Positions 51,991 to 64,000 of a stretch of DNA of 64,000 bases are shown here, in pieces. Position 1 is the first letter of the stretch, and each line of letters starts with the position of its first letter. The translations under genes and the position numbers were made by a program. The stretch covers positions 27,156,590 through 27,220,589 of the forward strand of contig NC_068986.1 of the NCBI RefSeq assembly GCF_001194135.2, given 5' to 3'. The notes beneath the pieces were generated by a model. It searched no databases. It was not told the DNA's origin and saw only the letters and a list, made by a program, of their open reading frames with translations. Source of the DNA: Octopus bimaculoides (Eukaryota).

Positions 51991-54900
51991 GTGCATGAGT
52001 ATTGACATTCCTCATGAATGCAACTGCACTCATAAGATGCACATAAATGTAGAAAAAAGTATGTCCAAGCAAATACTCTCTTTGCCCAACTTTATATTGA
52101 ATATAATTAATATGGTGGGTTTGGCCATATGAAACAGTGATATTATTTACATTCCTTGTTGACATTGAAGAGTTGCTTGGCTCTTTCAGAGACCTGTAGA
52201 ATAAGAAATTCCTTACTTGAAAACAAGAGTTGGAAACAGAAAGCTTATCCAGTTGTAGAATCCTGTTGCAAATACACCCCTATCTAAGCCATGCTAGCAT
52301 GGAAAACAGATGTTGAATGTGCAATTGAATGATACATATTATATATATATATATATATATNNNNNNNNNNNNNNNNNNNNNNNNNNNNNNNNNNNNNNNN
52401 NNNNNNNNNNNNNNNNNNNNNNNNNNNNNNNNNNNNNNNNNNNNNNNNNNNNNNNNNNNNNNNNNNNNNNNNNNNNNNNNNNNNNNNNNNNNNNNNNNNN
52501 NNNNNNNNNNNNNNNNNNNNNNNNNNNNNNNNNNNNNNNNNNNNNNNNNNNNNNNNNNNNNNNNNNNNNNNNNNNNNNNNNNNNNNNNNNNNNNNNNNNN
52601 NNNNNNNNNNNNNNNNNNNNNNNNNNNNNNNNNNNNNNNNNNNNNNNNNNNNNNNNNNNNNNNNNNNNNNNNNNNNNNNNNNNNNNNNNNNNNNNNNNNN
52701 NNNNNNNNNNNNNNNNNNNNNNNNNNNNNNNNNNNNNNNNNNNNNNNNNNNNNNNNNNNNNNNNNNNNNNNNNNNNNNNNNNNNNNNNNNNNNNNNNNNN
52801 NNNNNNNNNNNNNNNNNNNNNNNNNNNNNNNNNNNNNNNNNNNNNNNNNNNNNNNNNNNNNNNNNNNNNNNNNNNNNNNNNNNNNNNNNNNNNNNNNNNN
52901 NNNNNNNNNNNNNNNNNNNNNNNNNNNNNNNNNNNNNNNNNNNNNNNNNNNNNNNNNNNNNNNNNNNNNNNNNNNNNNNNNNNNNNNNNNNNNNNNNNNN
53001 NNNNNNNNNTTTTATATATTATTTTTTTTTTTATATATTATTTTCTTCATTTTGTACTTCTTTGTAAAAAACATTTTCATTCTCCTTCTTGAAAATTTGC
53101 TTCGCAATGAAAGCCGGTTACAAATCTTTATTAAAATATGCTTCCAGTTTAGCATTCTGCCTTAGTCTTCATTTTCCTATTATGTCTCCACGTGCGGTTA
53201 ACACAGCCCCACTATTTACTGACTTATATATATATATATATATATAAGAGAGAGAGAGAGAGAGAGGTTTGGCCTTTATAATTCCTTATATATGTTTGCT
53301 GTAAAGTTACATAAGTGACACAAGGCTTTAGAGTTTACTGCAAGGCATTTTTCAAACCTGATAAATACCTTGTGTATCATTTTTCTATCATTATTACCTC
53401 CCTTTAACATTTTCCCTATCTGCATTTTTTTCTCCAAACCTGTGGGTACTCTACTTATTTTCTCCACACTTTTGCCATGCTCCTCCTCCCACCACCACCA
53501 GTAACACTTCTCATCCTTTTTTACCTCCCCTTCTTTCTCTCACTCTCTTGCTACTCCTAGTCTCTTATCCTGGCAACACAAGGAAACGTTTCATCTCTTA
53601 CCAGTGAGAAAGGTTTTTGCAACATGAAATGTTAACCTTCTCTCCTTCCTTCATGGAGCACAATTTATTCTACTTTTTAAACTTTTTTTGTATTAATAAT
53701 TGCCAACAGAGAACCACTCTAATCTCCTCAGTTTCAATAGAAAACCATTTTCAACATGGAACTATATTCCAAATGGAATATCTATTGTTCTTCCAGACAT
53801 TCGTAAGACCATGTTTTCCCCTAAAATTCCCAAACTTGAGTTACAATTACTTGGTGTTGCAACCTTGAACTTCTATTGAAGCAACCAGCATTGCATCAAC
53901 TCATTTCTTCTGATTCTATCATTTTAGTAACTATAAATCTGTCAGAATCGGATAACTTTTTTGTTTTTTTTCTGCTCTTCCTCACTAAAGATTGATAACT
54001 TAAAGCTGATGATTAAAGAAAAAAAAAAAAATTAAAACAACTTTAAACTGATAACTGTTGTGAAGTGATTTTTCACTTTAATTTTGCCACTGTTTTATTG
54101 ATTGAAGGAATTAATTCAACTATCTTACCCATTAGATCATATTGATATAGTTACTGAACGAAACATTATTCCACAATATACCGTTAGTTAGAAACAAGAA
54201 CAACAGATCTGAAAAACAGCAGCATTTTGAAGACTATTGTTCCCATTATGTTAATAATATTGAATATAAAGTTGACGAAGAATGTGTTTGTTTGGGCATA
54301 CTTTTCTACACTTTATGTGCATCTTTTATGAATGCAATTGTATTAATCAATTTTTATATTGTTTACATTTTTTCCCCATTTTGCTTTCTTAATCCTCTGT
54401 GTATTTCTGTGTGTGTGTGTTTAAATGCAATCAGATGTACAACTCATATTCACATATGCATGCATACATACACATCGTAATTATTGCTAATTGCATAGTA
54501 TTTTCTACCTGCTAATAAAAAGCTATTTAATTTCCATTTAATGCTAATGTGTGGAAGATAATTTACCTTATTAGTCCATTCATGTGAAGCAGTTCTATTA
54601 AAATGGTCACAGTGCGAGTGAGAAATAGATAGATATATAGATAGAGAGAGAGAAAATAATGCCTTTCTTTTCGCTTTGTTTCTCATTCTCTCCTCCTTCA
54701 CTTCTTCAGTGCATGATATTCATTTAAAGCATGTTAAATTGCAGTGTTTAGATTGATGAAGAAACAGTGAAATGCCTCCCCTCTCAGCTAACTTGTTAAT
54801 ATTATAGACAGTGCTGTTGCCTAAATACGATGTAACAAGATTGTTATTGGTCTTGTTGAATTTATATAATTTACTGTAGTATGATAAGTAAATACATGCT

Positions 54901-56169
54901 AAGCCACTTCAAATTAATTTCATATTGAATTGCACAGCTCATAAATTCATATTATTCCAACAAAATTTTTTTCTAAAATATCTATAAAAATTTCTGAATT
55001 TTTATATATTTACATATTCGTTAAAATAACAACAAAATACGTTTGAAAAAAGTAAATATTTTTTCTTCATAGATTTTTCTGGTGTTGTGTTTAGCTCCAG
55101 GTTTACCCTCCAATGTATACCTTATTGTTGTATATGGTAGTGTGTAACCGAAAAAGTTGTATCTCCTTCAAGTCACCAGTTAGGGGTTCACTCAACGACT
55201 CCTATATCTGTTGGTTTTTGTGGTTCTTTAAAACATCCTCTGTTGTTATTGTTGGTGATGGTGGTCAGCTCTGATCAAATAGAGCTATGCTTAATGGTAT
55301 TTTAGTCCTGGCCATGGCTATCCTGCTTTTTCTCTCTCTCTAGACGTAGAACATCTAGGACACATGTCCCAATGTATCCTTTCATTTTTTTAAGACTGCA
55401 AAGTTTGATTTGAGGAAGATTTGGTTTTTCCTTTTGTTATAATGTGGATCCTCATCCCCTTGTATGTTATTGTTGGCACTAGTATTCTTGTCACCACTGT
55501 TATTTTGTGATGGTATTCCGTGTCTCATTATCTTTGACTCGTCTAAATTGCTATGACTTGAAAGCTCTCCCTTGACAGTAACTCAAACTCCTATATAACA
55601 TGTAACTGACACTTACTCCAACTGAGAACTTATACAGCGACTTTACTACTACTGACCTTCTACAATGACTGACTGTCTGACTTTGTCATGTGGAAAGGGG
55701 AGTACCATTTTCACTACAACACTTTTAGTATATCACTTGACTATGTTGAAGCTCACTTGCTGAGAAGTGTTCAATTAAATGCATTATATCATCATCATTT
55801 AACATCCGTTTTCCATGCTGTCATGGGTTGGAGTAGTATTTATGTATTTGTATTTCTTTATAATTTGAGTTCAAATCCACACATTTTGACCTTGCATTTC
55901 AGAACTCCACAGTCATCATCATCATCACTATCATCTTTATTTTAATGCCCACTTTTCCATGTTTGCATGGGTTAAATGGAATTTGTCGAGGCATATTTTC
56001 TGCTGCTAGATTTACTTCCTGTGTCCAACCCTCACCTGTTTTCAAGCAAGCTATTTTTCTTCCAAGGCCAGACATGTTTCCATGGAAGATTGGAAACAAG
56101 CAAAACCATTTGTGGTATTGTTGATGGTGACACTCTTTTACAACCATCATGTAATGTCAAGACAAGGGG

Positions 56170-56211
<42 letters not shown>

Positions 56212-56214
<3 letters not shown>

Positions 56215-56355
56215 ATAATCCCTGCTCACAAGGTTTTGATCAGCTTAGGACTAGAGTAAAAGACACTTGCTTAGGGCTTCATGCAGTAGGACTGAATCCA
56301 AATCCATGTGATTGGGAAGCAAAGTTCTTGTCTATACAGTCATACTTGTGCCTAT
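56212..56355 (-). mobile_element. SINE family A fragment
   Basis: CTCACAAGGTTTTGATCAGC...AAGACACTTGC...GGACTGAATCC...TTGGGAAGCAAAG. Confidence 0.7.
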
Positions 56356-56754
56356 GAAGTATTACTTGTTTACTCCGATTGGTTTAACACTTCTTCTCTA
56401 CAAGTACAAATTTCCAACTTAATTGAAATTAGTTGTATTTTTTCTTGTCTTTCTTCTTTTTTAATCCTCTTTTCCTGCCTTTTTCCTCTTTGTTTTTCCA
56501 GTTTTCATTTCCATTTTGTGTATATTCAGCTCCTTAATCCCTTTGCTTCTGCATTCAGTCTGATTTCTTCAGATTTACTTAGTTGCTTCTGATTGAATTT
56601 TTCACTAACATCGTTTCTTTTAGCGTATACCCACCACCCCCACCCAACAGTTACTTTATTGCAAAGATGAATCTTCAAAAATAGAATTATATCTCTTTCA
56701 CGAGACATTTGCAGAAGAAAATTGTTGCCAAACTTTGAATTTACAGAGCCTCAA

Positions 56755-57160
56755 AGCCACTTTGCTAATTCAGGGAGCTTGTTTCCGTCATTGGACTGTG
56801 GCCATTTTGGGGCAGCGCTTGGATTGGTTTACTCAAACAAATCAACCCTAGTTCTATTTTTGTATTTTAAAGCCTGGTATTTATTCTTTTGTTGTCTTTT
56901 GCCGAACTGCTAAGTAATGGAAACATAAAGAAACCAATACTGATTGCCAAACAAGGGTGGGGTGGGGTGGGTTGACAGAAACAAAGATACACACACAATG
57001 GGCTTCCACACAGTTTCTGTCTACCATATTCACTTTAAAGGCATTGATCGGCTTTTGAGGTATAGTAAGAGATATTTGCCCAAAGTGCAGCATATTGGAG
57101 ATTGAACCTGAAACCATGTAGTTACAAACTGAGCATTTTAACTACACAATCATGTCTGCA
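56755..57160 (-). mobile_element. SINE family A copy, diverged full length
   Basis: Aligns by eye along the length of 27445-27884 (GACTGTGGCCA, GCCGAACTGCTAAGT, TTTCTGTCTACC). Confidence 0.75.
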
Positions 57161-58282
57161 CCTGTACATGTTCATAAAAAATTATCACAATTCATTACAT
57201 AATTTATTATTTATATTGCAAATAATCTCATTACTTGAATTATTGTCTTAATGAAGCGTTGTCTGAATCACAATACATTCCCCAACGTAACAATGATGTT
57301 GATTCTCTTCAACTCAAATGCCAATCTATTTGCTTTTCTACACTTTATGTACATCTTATGGATGCACTTGTATTGATCAGTTTTTAAAAATTTTATTTAT
57401 GAGTTCTTGTTTCCTTCTGCTTCCTTAATCCTGTGTACATCTGCATGTGTGTTTAATTGCAGTGAAATGTGCATACATACACTGTAAATCATTAAAAAAT
57501 CATTTATTCCAAAATGGTTGATTGTTTAAGCTATTTAATCAAACAATTTATCTAAAAGGTATGAAGAAACATTAACATGGATAATAAGGAAAACAGAAGA
57601 CCTATCATGTATTAATTCTATAACAATCAAAAATGTTTATGCTTCTCTTTCTACCAGTTGTGGTGACAAGACTGCTGTTATTTATTAGTTTTCCATGCAG
57701 CAAGCCACACCCACCTCTTTCTTTCTCTACTACAATTTCTTTGGCTTGCACACTCCAACACGATGCTACTCTTGTTTTTGAGAGGATACTCTCCACAAAT
57801 CTACCTAATATTTATTCTTTTAATACTGCTGGAAATTTTCTTAATTTTATTCTTTTTTTTTTCTTTCTCTTCTCTTTATTTTTTTTTTTTTTCCAAGAAG
57901 TTTTCCATATAATTTAGTTATATTCTGCACTCATTCTTCCATGGCTTTTTGTCCATTGCAAGCATAGAGATTGTAACAAGGATGATGGTGGAGGAGTTTA
58001 CATTACTAAAACATTGATGATGAGAAAGAGCTATATATAAAAAAAAAATGGTACCAATACTTCCATATATAAATTAAATATATTTCTTTGCAAGGAAAAA
58101 AATACAGAGCAAGATAAACTATAAACATTATATCAATTTATTTATCTATTTATTTTTTTATTTGTAAATATATTTCCCTTTCTTGTTATTTTATTATATA
58201 TTTTTAAAAATACTCCTTGATCTATTTTTATTTTATTTTGGTTTTATCCATAAATTTACTATGTAAACCAGTTATCTTTTTG

Positions 58283-58320
<38 letters not shown>

Positions 58321-58419
58321 TTAACATTTTTTTGTTAATGCAATAATTATAGCCTGAGAGGATTGTGGGTCATATCTGAAGTGTTTATAGAATAGTTTTA
58401 TACTTGTTTAGTTGGTCTC

Positions 58420-58454
<35 letters not shown>

Positions 58455-59374
58455 GAGGGAGGGAGGGAGATTGATTTCAAACTAAATATATTTAACTGTT
58501 TGATTGGTTTTTTTTCACTGCCTTTTTATTTATTATTTTCTTCTGTACCAGAGGTTTGGCTTACTGTCACTTATTGGTTACTTCACTCACCTCCGTCCTT
58601 CATCTACTGGCAGCCAAATCTAATACAGTTAGCCTTATATATGAGACATTTGTGCATTTGCTTGAGTATGTACATGCCTTCCTACAAGTATATATGTGTG
58701 TGTGTGGGTGTGTGTATACTTGCTAACATGTACACAACACACACCATGTAATTTTGTGAGTATCAGTGACAAATGCACTGCAGTGGTTATTTGCCTTAGC
58801 AGGTAACTTTACTGTTAATGCGTACAGCTTATTTGATTTATTTGAGGCCAGTTTGAAAAGTAAATAAATATTAGGTTGCAAAGACAGGTAAATGGCAGAG
58901 TGTACTTCAATGTTGAAATGACACAAAATCATTTCCTCACCCACTGTCCAATATTTATTAACTTTTATTATATTTTTAATTTTGTCTTTTTTCAAACCTA
59001 TATTTTTCAGTTTGAAATCTGTTTCTTCTTTATAATCACAAGATGTTTTTACACTACTGTTCTTAAAAACCTTACTCTCATGCACACCCTGCTCCTTTTT
59101 CTTTACGCTCATTGTTACCCATTTAACCCTTTTCTTTTTTTGTACCCAATGTTAGGGTTCTTTTCTTTCACAAGTTTTCTTTTTTTCCAACCTCTTCCTG
59201 GTTGTATTCACATGGGTATGCATACATGTCAAATTTTTCTCTTCTAGTCTAAGGCCACTTACTAATATTAGCTGTGGGTAAGGCTGATTTTTGTGGTTCA
59301 AAGAGATGCATTTCAAAGAATGCTCTATTTTCTCTTATGTCTACACATCTCAACTATTAGACTCTTCCAGATTC

Positions 59375-59890
59375 ATCAACATCATCATCATCATCATTGA
59401 ACATCTGTTGTCCATGCTTGTGTGGGTTGGATGGTTTGACTGGGCTGGCACACTGGAAGGCTGCACCAGACTCCAGTCTTATTTTGTATGGTTTTCTACA
59501 GCTGGATGCCCTCCTAACACTAACCACTCTGAGAGTGTAATGGGTGATTTTACATGCCACTAGCATGAATGCCATTTGCATGACACCAGGGTGCTTTTAC
59601 GTGTCATCAGCATGGGTGCCAATTTGTGTTACACCTGTATCTGCCACAACTGCGATCTTTCTCAGCTTGATGGGTCTTCTTCTCAAGCACGACATAATGC
59701 CAAAGGTCTTGATCATTGCCTCCATGAGGCCCAATGTTCAAAAGGAGCTCAGCCACTTTGCCTTTGTGAGGCTCAATGCTTGAAAGGTGTTCCTTACATG
59801 TCACCAGCATGGATGCACTTCCACTACTAACTTGGTCTCCTAGATACCAGAAGCTATCTACTACCTCTAGCTTGTCCCTCTGGCAGTTGA
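59375..59890 (-). mobile_element. Family C retroposon, long copy
   Basis: (CAT)n...CCATGCTTGTGTGGGTTGG...TTTCTACAGCTGGATGCCCTCCTAACACTAACCACTCTGAGAGTG, extending into a longer body. Confidence 0.75.
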
Positions 59891-60953
59891 TGGAGTTTCA
59901 AAATACAAAAAAAAAAAAAAAAAAAAAAAATGCCATGCACCTTAATTCTGTATTAAGTATAATGCCTCACTTCTACCTTGCTGTTATTTTTCCGTGATCT
60001 CTCATTTTCACATCAATTGAGTATCTTATTTAAACTTTGTATAAAATAACTTTGAGAAAGGTTTAATACTGCAAATATTAGATAGCATTACATGACCATC
60101 TGTTGCCAGTCATATACATATTTGCATATTTCTGAGGAATATATCTCTATTTCTGTCTTTTATGAAATGTGGTCAACAAGTAATTGTCAATAGTAAGCTA
60201 ATGTAAGTGAATGATCAGTTGTCATCTTAATTTGCTACAAAAACACACTTATCACTTTTCAAAGATTAGATGTGATGGGCTTGTATTATTGGAATTAGCA
60301 CTGGTGCCATTGTTAAGCCTTAACACTGGGACATGGGGCTTTCTGGATCTCACACTCACAAGTTTCAGTTTTATCAGTGACCTCTACAATGTCAGTACTT
60401 TAAAGAACTCTCCCCTCCCCAATAATTGAGAAAATACCGATATAAGGCCGTTAAAGGTTTTGCCCCATTATTTTCTTTTATAGCTTTTCAAACATAAATG
60501 GAATTGACATATTTGCATTGATTGTAGAACATGTTCTTTTGGACACACTCAATGGCTTGTCACAAAACTGTGAAAATGAAACAAGAACACAGTATGGTTT
60601 TTGGTGTTCAGTTGAATGATTGGTGTTAGGTTGTTTAATGTGATGCATGCAAATGTATGCATAGACAGTGAGTAGAGTATGTACTCATACTCTTATTCAC
60701 TGGCTGTCATATAGTAATGCAAAGCAATCATAAATGTCTCCACATGTAATCACTTTTAAGTACAGAATCTCATATACTGATACTGTATTAACACACTCAT
60801 ATTCACAGGCACACGACAAACTCCAGAGAGTGTCAACTGAAAAGGACTCATTTCTAGTGCTTCTTGCTCAAGATTTAAGTAAATATTACATGAATATACT
60901 AAGCTGCAGTTTATGCAGTAATAATAATAGAAGACTTATCCCCAGAGAGGGGG

Positions 60954-60987
<34 letters not shown>

Positions 60988-61714
60988 CAATACTTTTACA
61001 TTGATTGTTGGAACAAACATACACTCAAAGGAAACATTCGAAAAGGAGAATAAATTTCAGTGGAAAACACAGGATAATTGTTTATCTTTGTTGCTTAACA
61101 TATGTTCTTGAGTTTATAGGAAGAAATTAAAGACAGAGAGTTTGGAATAGATATTAATATCTCTCCTCCAGATTATTCATATGTAGTAATATGGATGAGG
61201 TGGTGAAATGATTTACCACAGTTGAATTTCTGCTTGGGAGAATTGGAGGGTGGGGGGAGGTTCTCCATGATATCCTTTGTTCACTATTTACATTTGGTTT
61301 GACTGAAGCATTAATTTATGTGTGACATACCTTAAAAGAGGGTGTGCAATTTATTATTGGTTGTGGAGGTATTGTACTTGGTAGCTGACCAGCTAACTCC
61401 AAACTCTTACTTCTCAGCCTCCTTGGTAATGACATCATGGCATAGATGATGGTTAACTAGACTATATCATCGTCATTCAACATCCAATTTCCCATGCTTG
61501 CATGGGTCAGAGGGAATTTGTTGATGCAGTTTTTTCTATGGCCAGATGCCCTTCTTGATGTCAATTCTTACTTTTCCCAAGCAAAATAATATTTTCCCCA
61601 TCATCAGTCATGTTTTTTCTGAAAGACTTGAAACAATCAACACAGCTTGCATGGCAGTGATGCCCATTCATACCTCTCACATGTTGTCAAGACAAGCCCC
61701 CCCCCCCACTTCTT

Positions 61715-61830
61715 CCAGCCTATCAAATCCACTTGTAGGCCTGTAGTAGAAGACACTCATACAGGGTGCTGTGCAGTGGGGCTGAACACAAGATCACATG
61801 ATTGGGAAGCCAACTTAACCACACAGCTGA
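61715..61830 (-). mobile_element. SINE family A fragment
   Basis: AAATCCACTT...GTAGTAGAAGACAC...GGGCTGAAC...TGGGAAGC...TTAACCACACAGC. Confidence 0.7.
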
Positions 61831-62418
61831 TTTAGTACATCTTGGTTTCCAGATTCCATATTGGTATTGAATTTGTTTTGCATTTTACTTGGTTTAATAT
61901 TACTCAATATTTCTCAATAAGGTAATTATTGAGTAATATATTGAAATTAAACTGAAGTTTCCAGTGATGTAAAACAAGAAAATAAAAGAGGGTGTGTACC
62001 CCTCCCTCCCATCAAATATAAATGTAAATATTGTTCTTAAGAAAGAAATTATGTCAGACTTTGTATCAAAATATTGGCTGTAATTCAAAAGGTTTAATTT
62101 ACAATGACATAAATCTGTAGTGATCATATGACGGCTGTTATTTAGCCCTAGGTCTACTTTAACTAGGTAGGCCTATAGTTAAAGGTATTTTAGACATGTT
62201 TATATTGAGTTTTTGCTTATCTTTTTTTCACATGCTCCTCTTTTTTAAGATACTAGGGTATGATTAGAAGATGCATTGTCTACTATTTCTAGCATGTTGA
62301 ACAGCCATGTTGAGGTTTCCTCATTGGTTTATATAATCTGTTAGAAGTTAGTATTGAGGTAGGAGTGTATCAACCTTGGATAATCGACACTGATAATGGA
62401 AATCTGGTTTCAAATAGG

Positions 62419-62454
<36 letters not shown>

Positions 62455-62803
62455 CATTTAAGCAAAAAAAAACCCCAACAAAACAAAGAAGCAATTAAAA
62501 GAAAGGTGGTATAGGGACAGGGTGGAGTAGAGGCAGGGTGTGGGTAATAAAATAGATGTCAGGATGGCCTGTTGAATTCATACTGTTTGTCAGGAATACT
62601 GCGCTTCTGAAGATCAGTTGTCAATAGTGAGAGTCAATAACAGAGTTGCCATGACTGCAGATAATTCTCAGTTGTGTGTGTCTTCCCCGAACCTGTCCAT
62701 TTTGTGTTATCTTTCTCAGGGGTGGGTGGACAAGTAAGGGGTATGCTATATTTTGTTTTCTACTCTTGTTATTGTTATTATTATTTTATTATTATTGTTG
62801 TTA

Positions 62804-62836
<33 letters not shown>

Positions 62837-63591
62837 AAATGCTGTTTTTTTTCTTATTACATTCAAGGCTAAAATTGCCAGAGAGGGTGGTGGGAGTTGG
62901 AGGGGTCATGGTGGTGGTGAGGGTGGAAGCAAAAACAAAAAATATATAAGGAAAAAAAAAAAAGAAAGGTATAAGAAAAAAATAAAAATAAAAATAAAGA
63001 CAAGTGTGTGTTAGAAATCCAAATTCAAGAAATTGACATAATATTGATGATATGCTATCTCCTATGATTTCGAAATCAAGATTGGAATTTGAGACAATGT
63101 CTTGTCAAAACAGGAACCACTTTCTCTGTTCGCTCTGCCATCGATGTTCGCATCAGTATTATTGGTTGATATCGAATAAATGTTTTTTTTTCTTTTTCTT
63201 TTTGCCTCTCTTGTTTATTTGTTTATATATTTATTACTATTTTAACATTGCCATATTTGTTAACTACCAATTCTATCTGTGACTTTTCAAATTGTTTCTG
63301 TCTATATATGTTAGATGTCAGGTATCTTGATTCTTTACTGATGCTGTCACGAGTGGAAAAGGAAACCATTTTACTGTTGCTTAAATATGATTTTGTGATG
63401 AGACAACATTCCTTTTGATCTGTCTCTTTCTATCTCCCTTTCCTTCTCTCTCTTTCTCTCTCTCACTCCTACCCTTCTCTCTCACTTCTTCCCTTCTCTC
63501 TCAATTTTTCTTTTATTTAAAAGAATTTTTCTTTTGAAAGCTGAAAAATTTTTATACATTACATTAACAACATACACACACACACTCGCGT

Positions 63592-63630
<39 letters not shown>

Positions 63631-64000
63631 GCTTTATGTTATGATATTATGAGACACTATACTATGATCATGTCTTTTGTATTCTCTTTATTTGATAGTC
63701 AAAGGGGGGGGGGAAGGTGGATAAATTCCAGCCCTTCATTCAGTTTTGTGAAATCAGAATAACTGATTTAATAAGTGTGTGTGTGTGTGTGACACATTGT
63801 TTCATGTTTGCATGAAAGTGTTTGTGTGTGTGTGTGACGTACCATTTCATGTTTGCATGTTTGTATTGACATTGTTTTACAATAAGTTTTACTCTTGTCC
63901 AAAGGATTGGATCATTCCTGGTTGTTCTATCGTTGGTGCTAAGTTTTGAAAGTAAATGTTTTTCTGTCTTTTTTTCTCAATATCTTTTCACCTCAGTAGT

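Larger units (their letters stand above)
54301..57490 (+). repeat. Two diverged copies of a ~170-bp dispersed repeat (54301-54480 and 57333-57490)
   Basis: Both start CTTTTCTACACTTTATGT(G/A)CATCTT...GCA(A/C)TTGTATT(A/G)ATCA(A/G)TTTTTA...CTTAATCCT...GTGTGTTTAA(A/T)TGCA. Confidence 0.65.

Noticed and set aside
56955-56971. G-quadruplex motif GGGTGGGGTGGGGTGGG
   Set aside because: Sits in the variable G-tract of a family A SINE; no sign of specific function.
57649-57692. SCGDKTA after a good acceptor, reminiscent of a nuclear-receptor zinc finger
   Set aside because: Stop codon follows within four codons; no second cysteine pair or HYG motif.

Overview
AT-rich eukaryotic, apparently non-coding DNA: a large intron or gene desert from a draft assembly with 11 N-gaps totalling about 3.3 kb, most abutting (AT)n runs. 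The SINE families and microsatellite load look like an octopus (coleoid cephalopod) genome; this is recognition from memory, not a database result. I found no host protein-coding exon I can support. Nearly all listed ORFs are microsatellite or gap artefacts. The only clearly protein-like ORF is the C-terminal part of a hAT (Buster/Charlie-type) transposase in an internally deleted 1318-bp DNA transposon with an exact 8-bp TSD (39025-40342). The rest comprises at least four SINE families (dozens of copies), a decayed Penelope-like retroelement, several foldback/MITE-like elements and many microsatellites. The most interesting signal is a ~390-bp foldback element (15853-16245). It has a tRNA-like remnant at the centre and a Penelope-type minimal hammerhead ribozyme motif in each arm, one per strand. 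Also notable: a SINE inserted into the head of its own family with a 20-bp TSD, a probable heterozygous SINE insertion captured as two haplotypes around a gap, and a 38-bp templated insertion.
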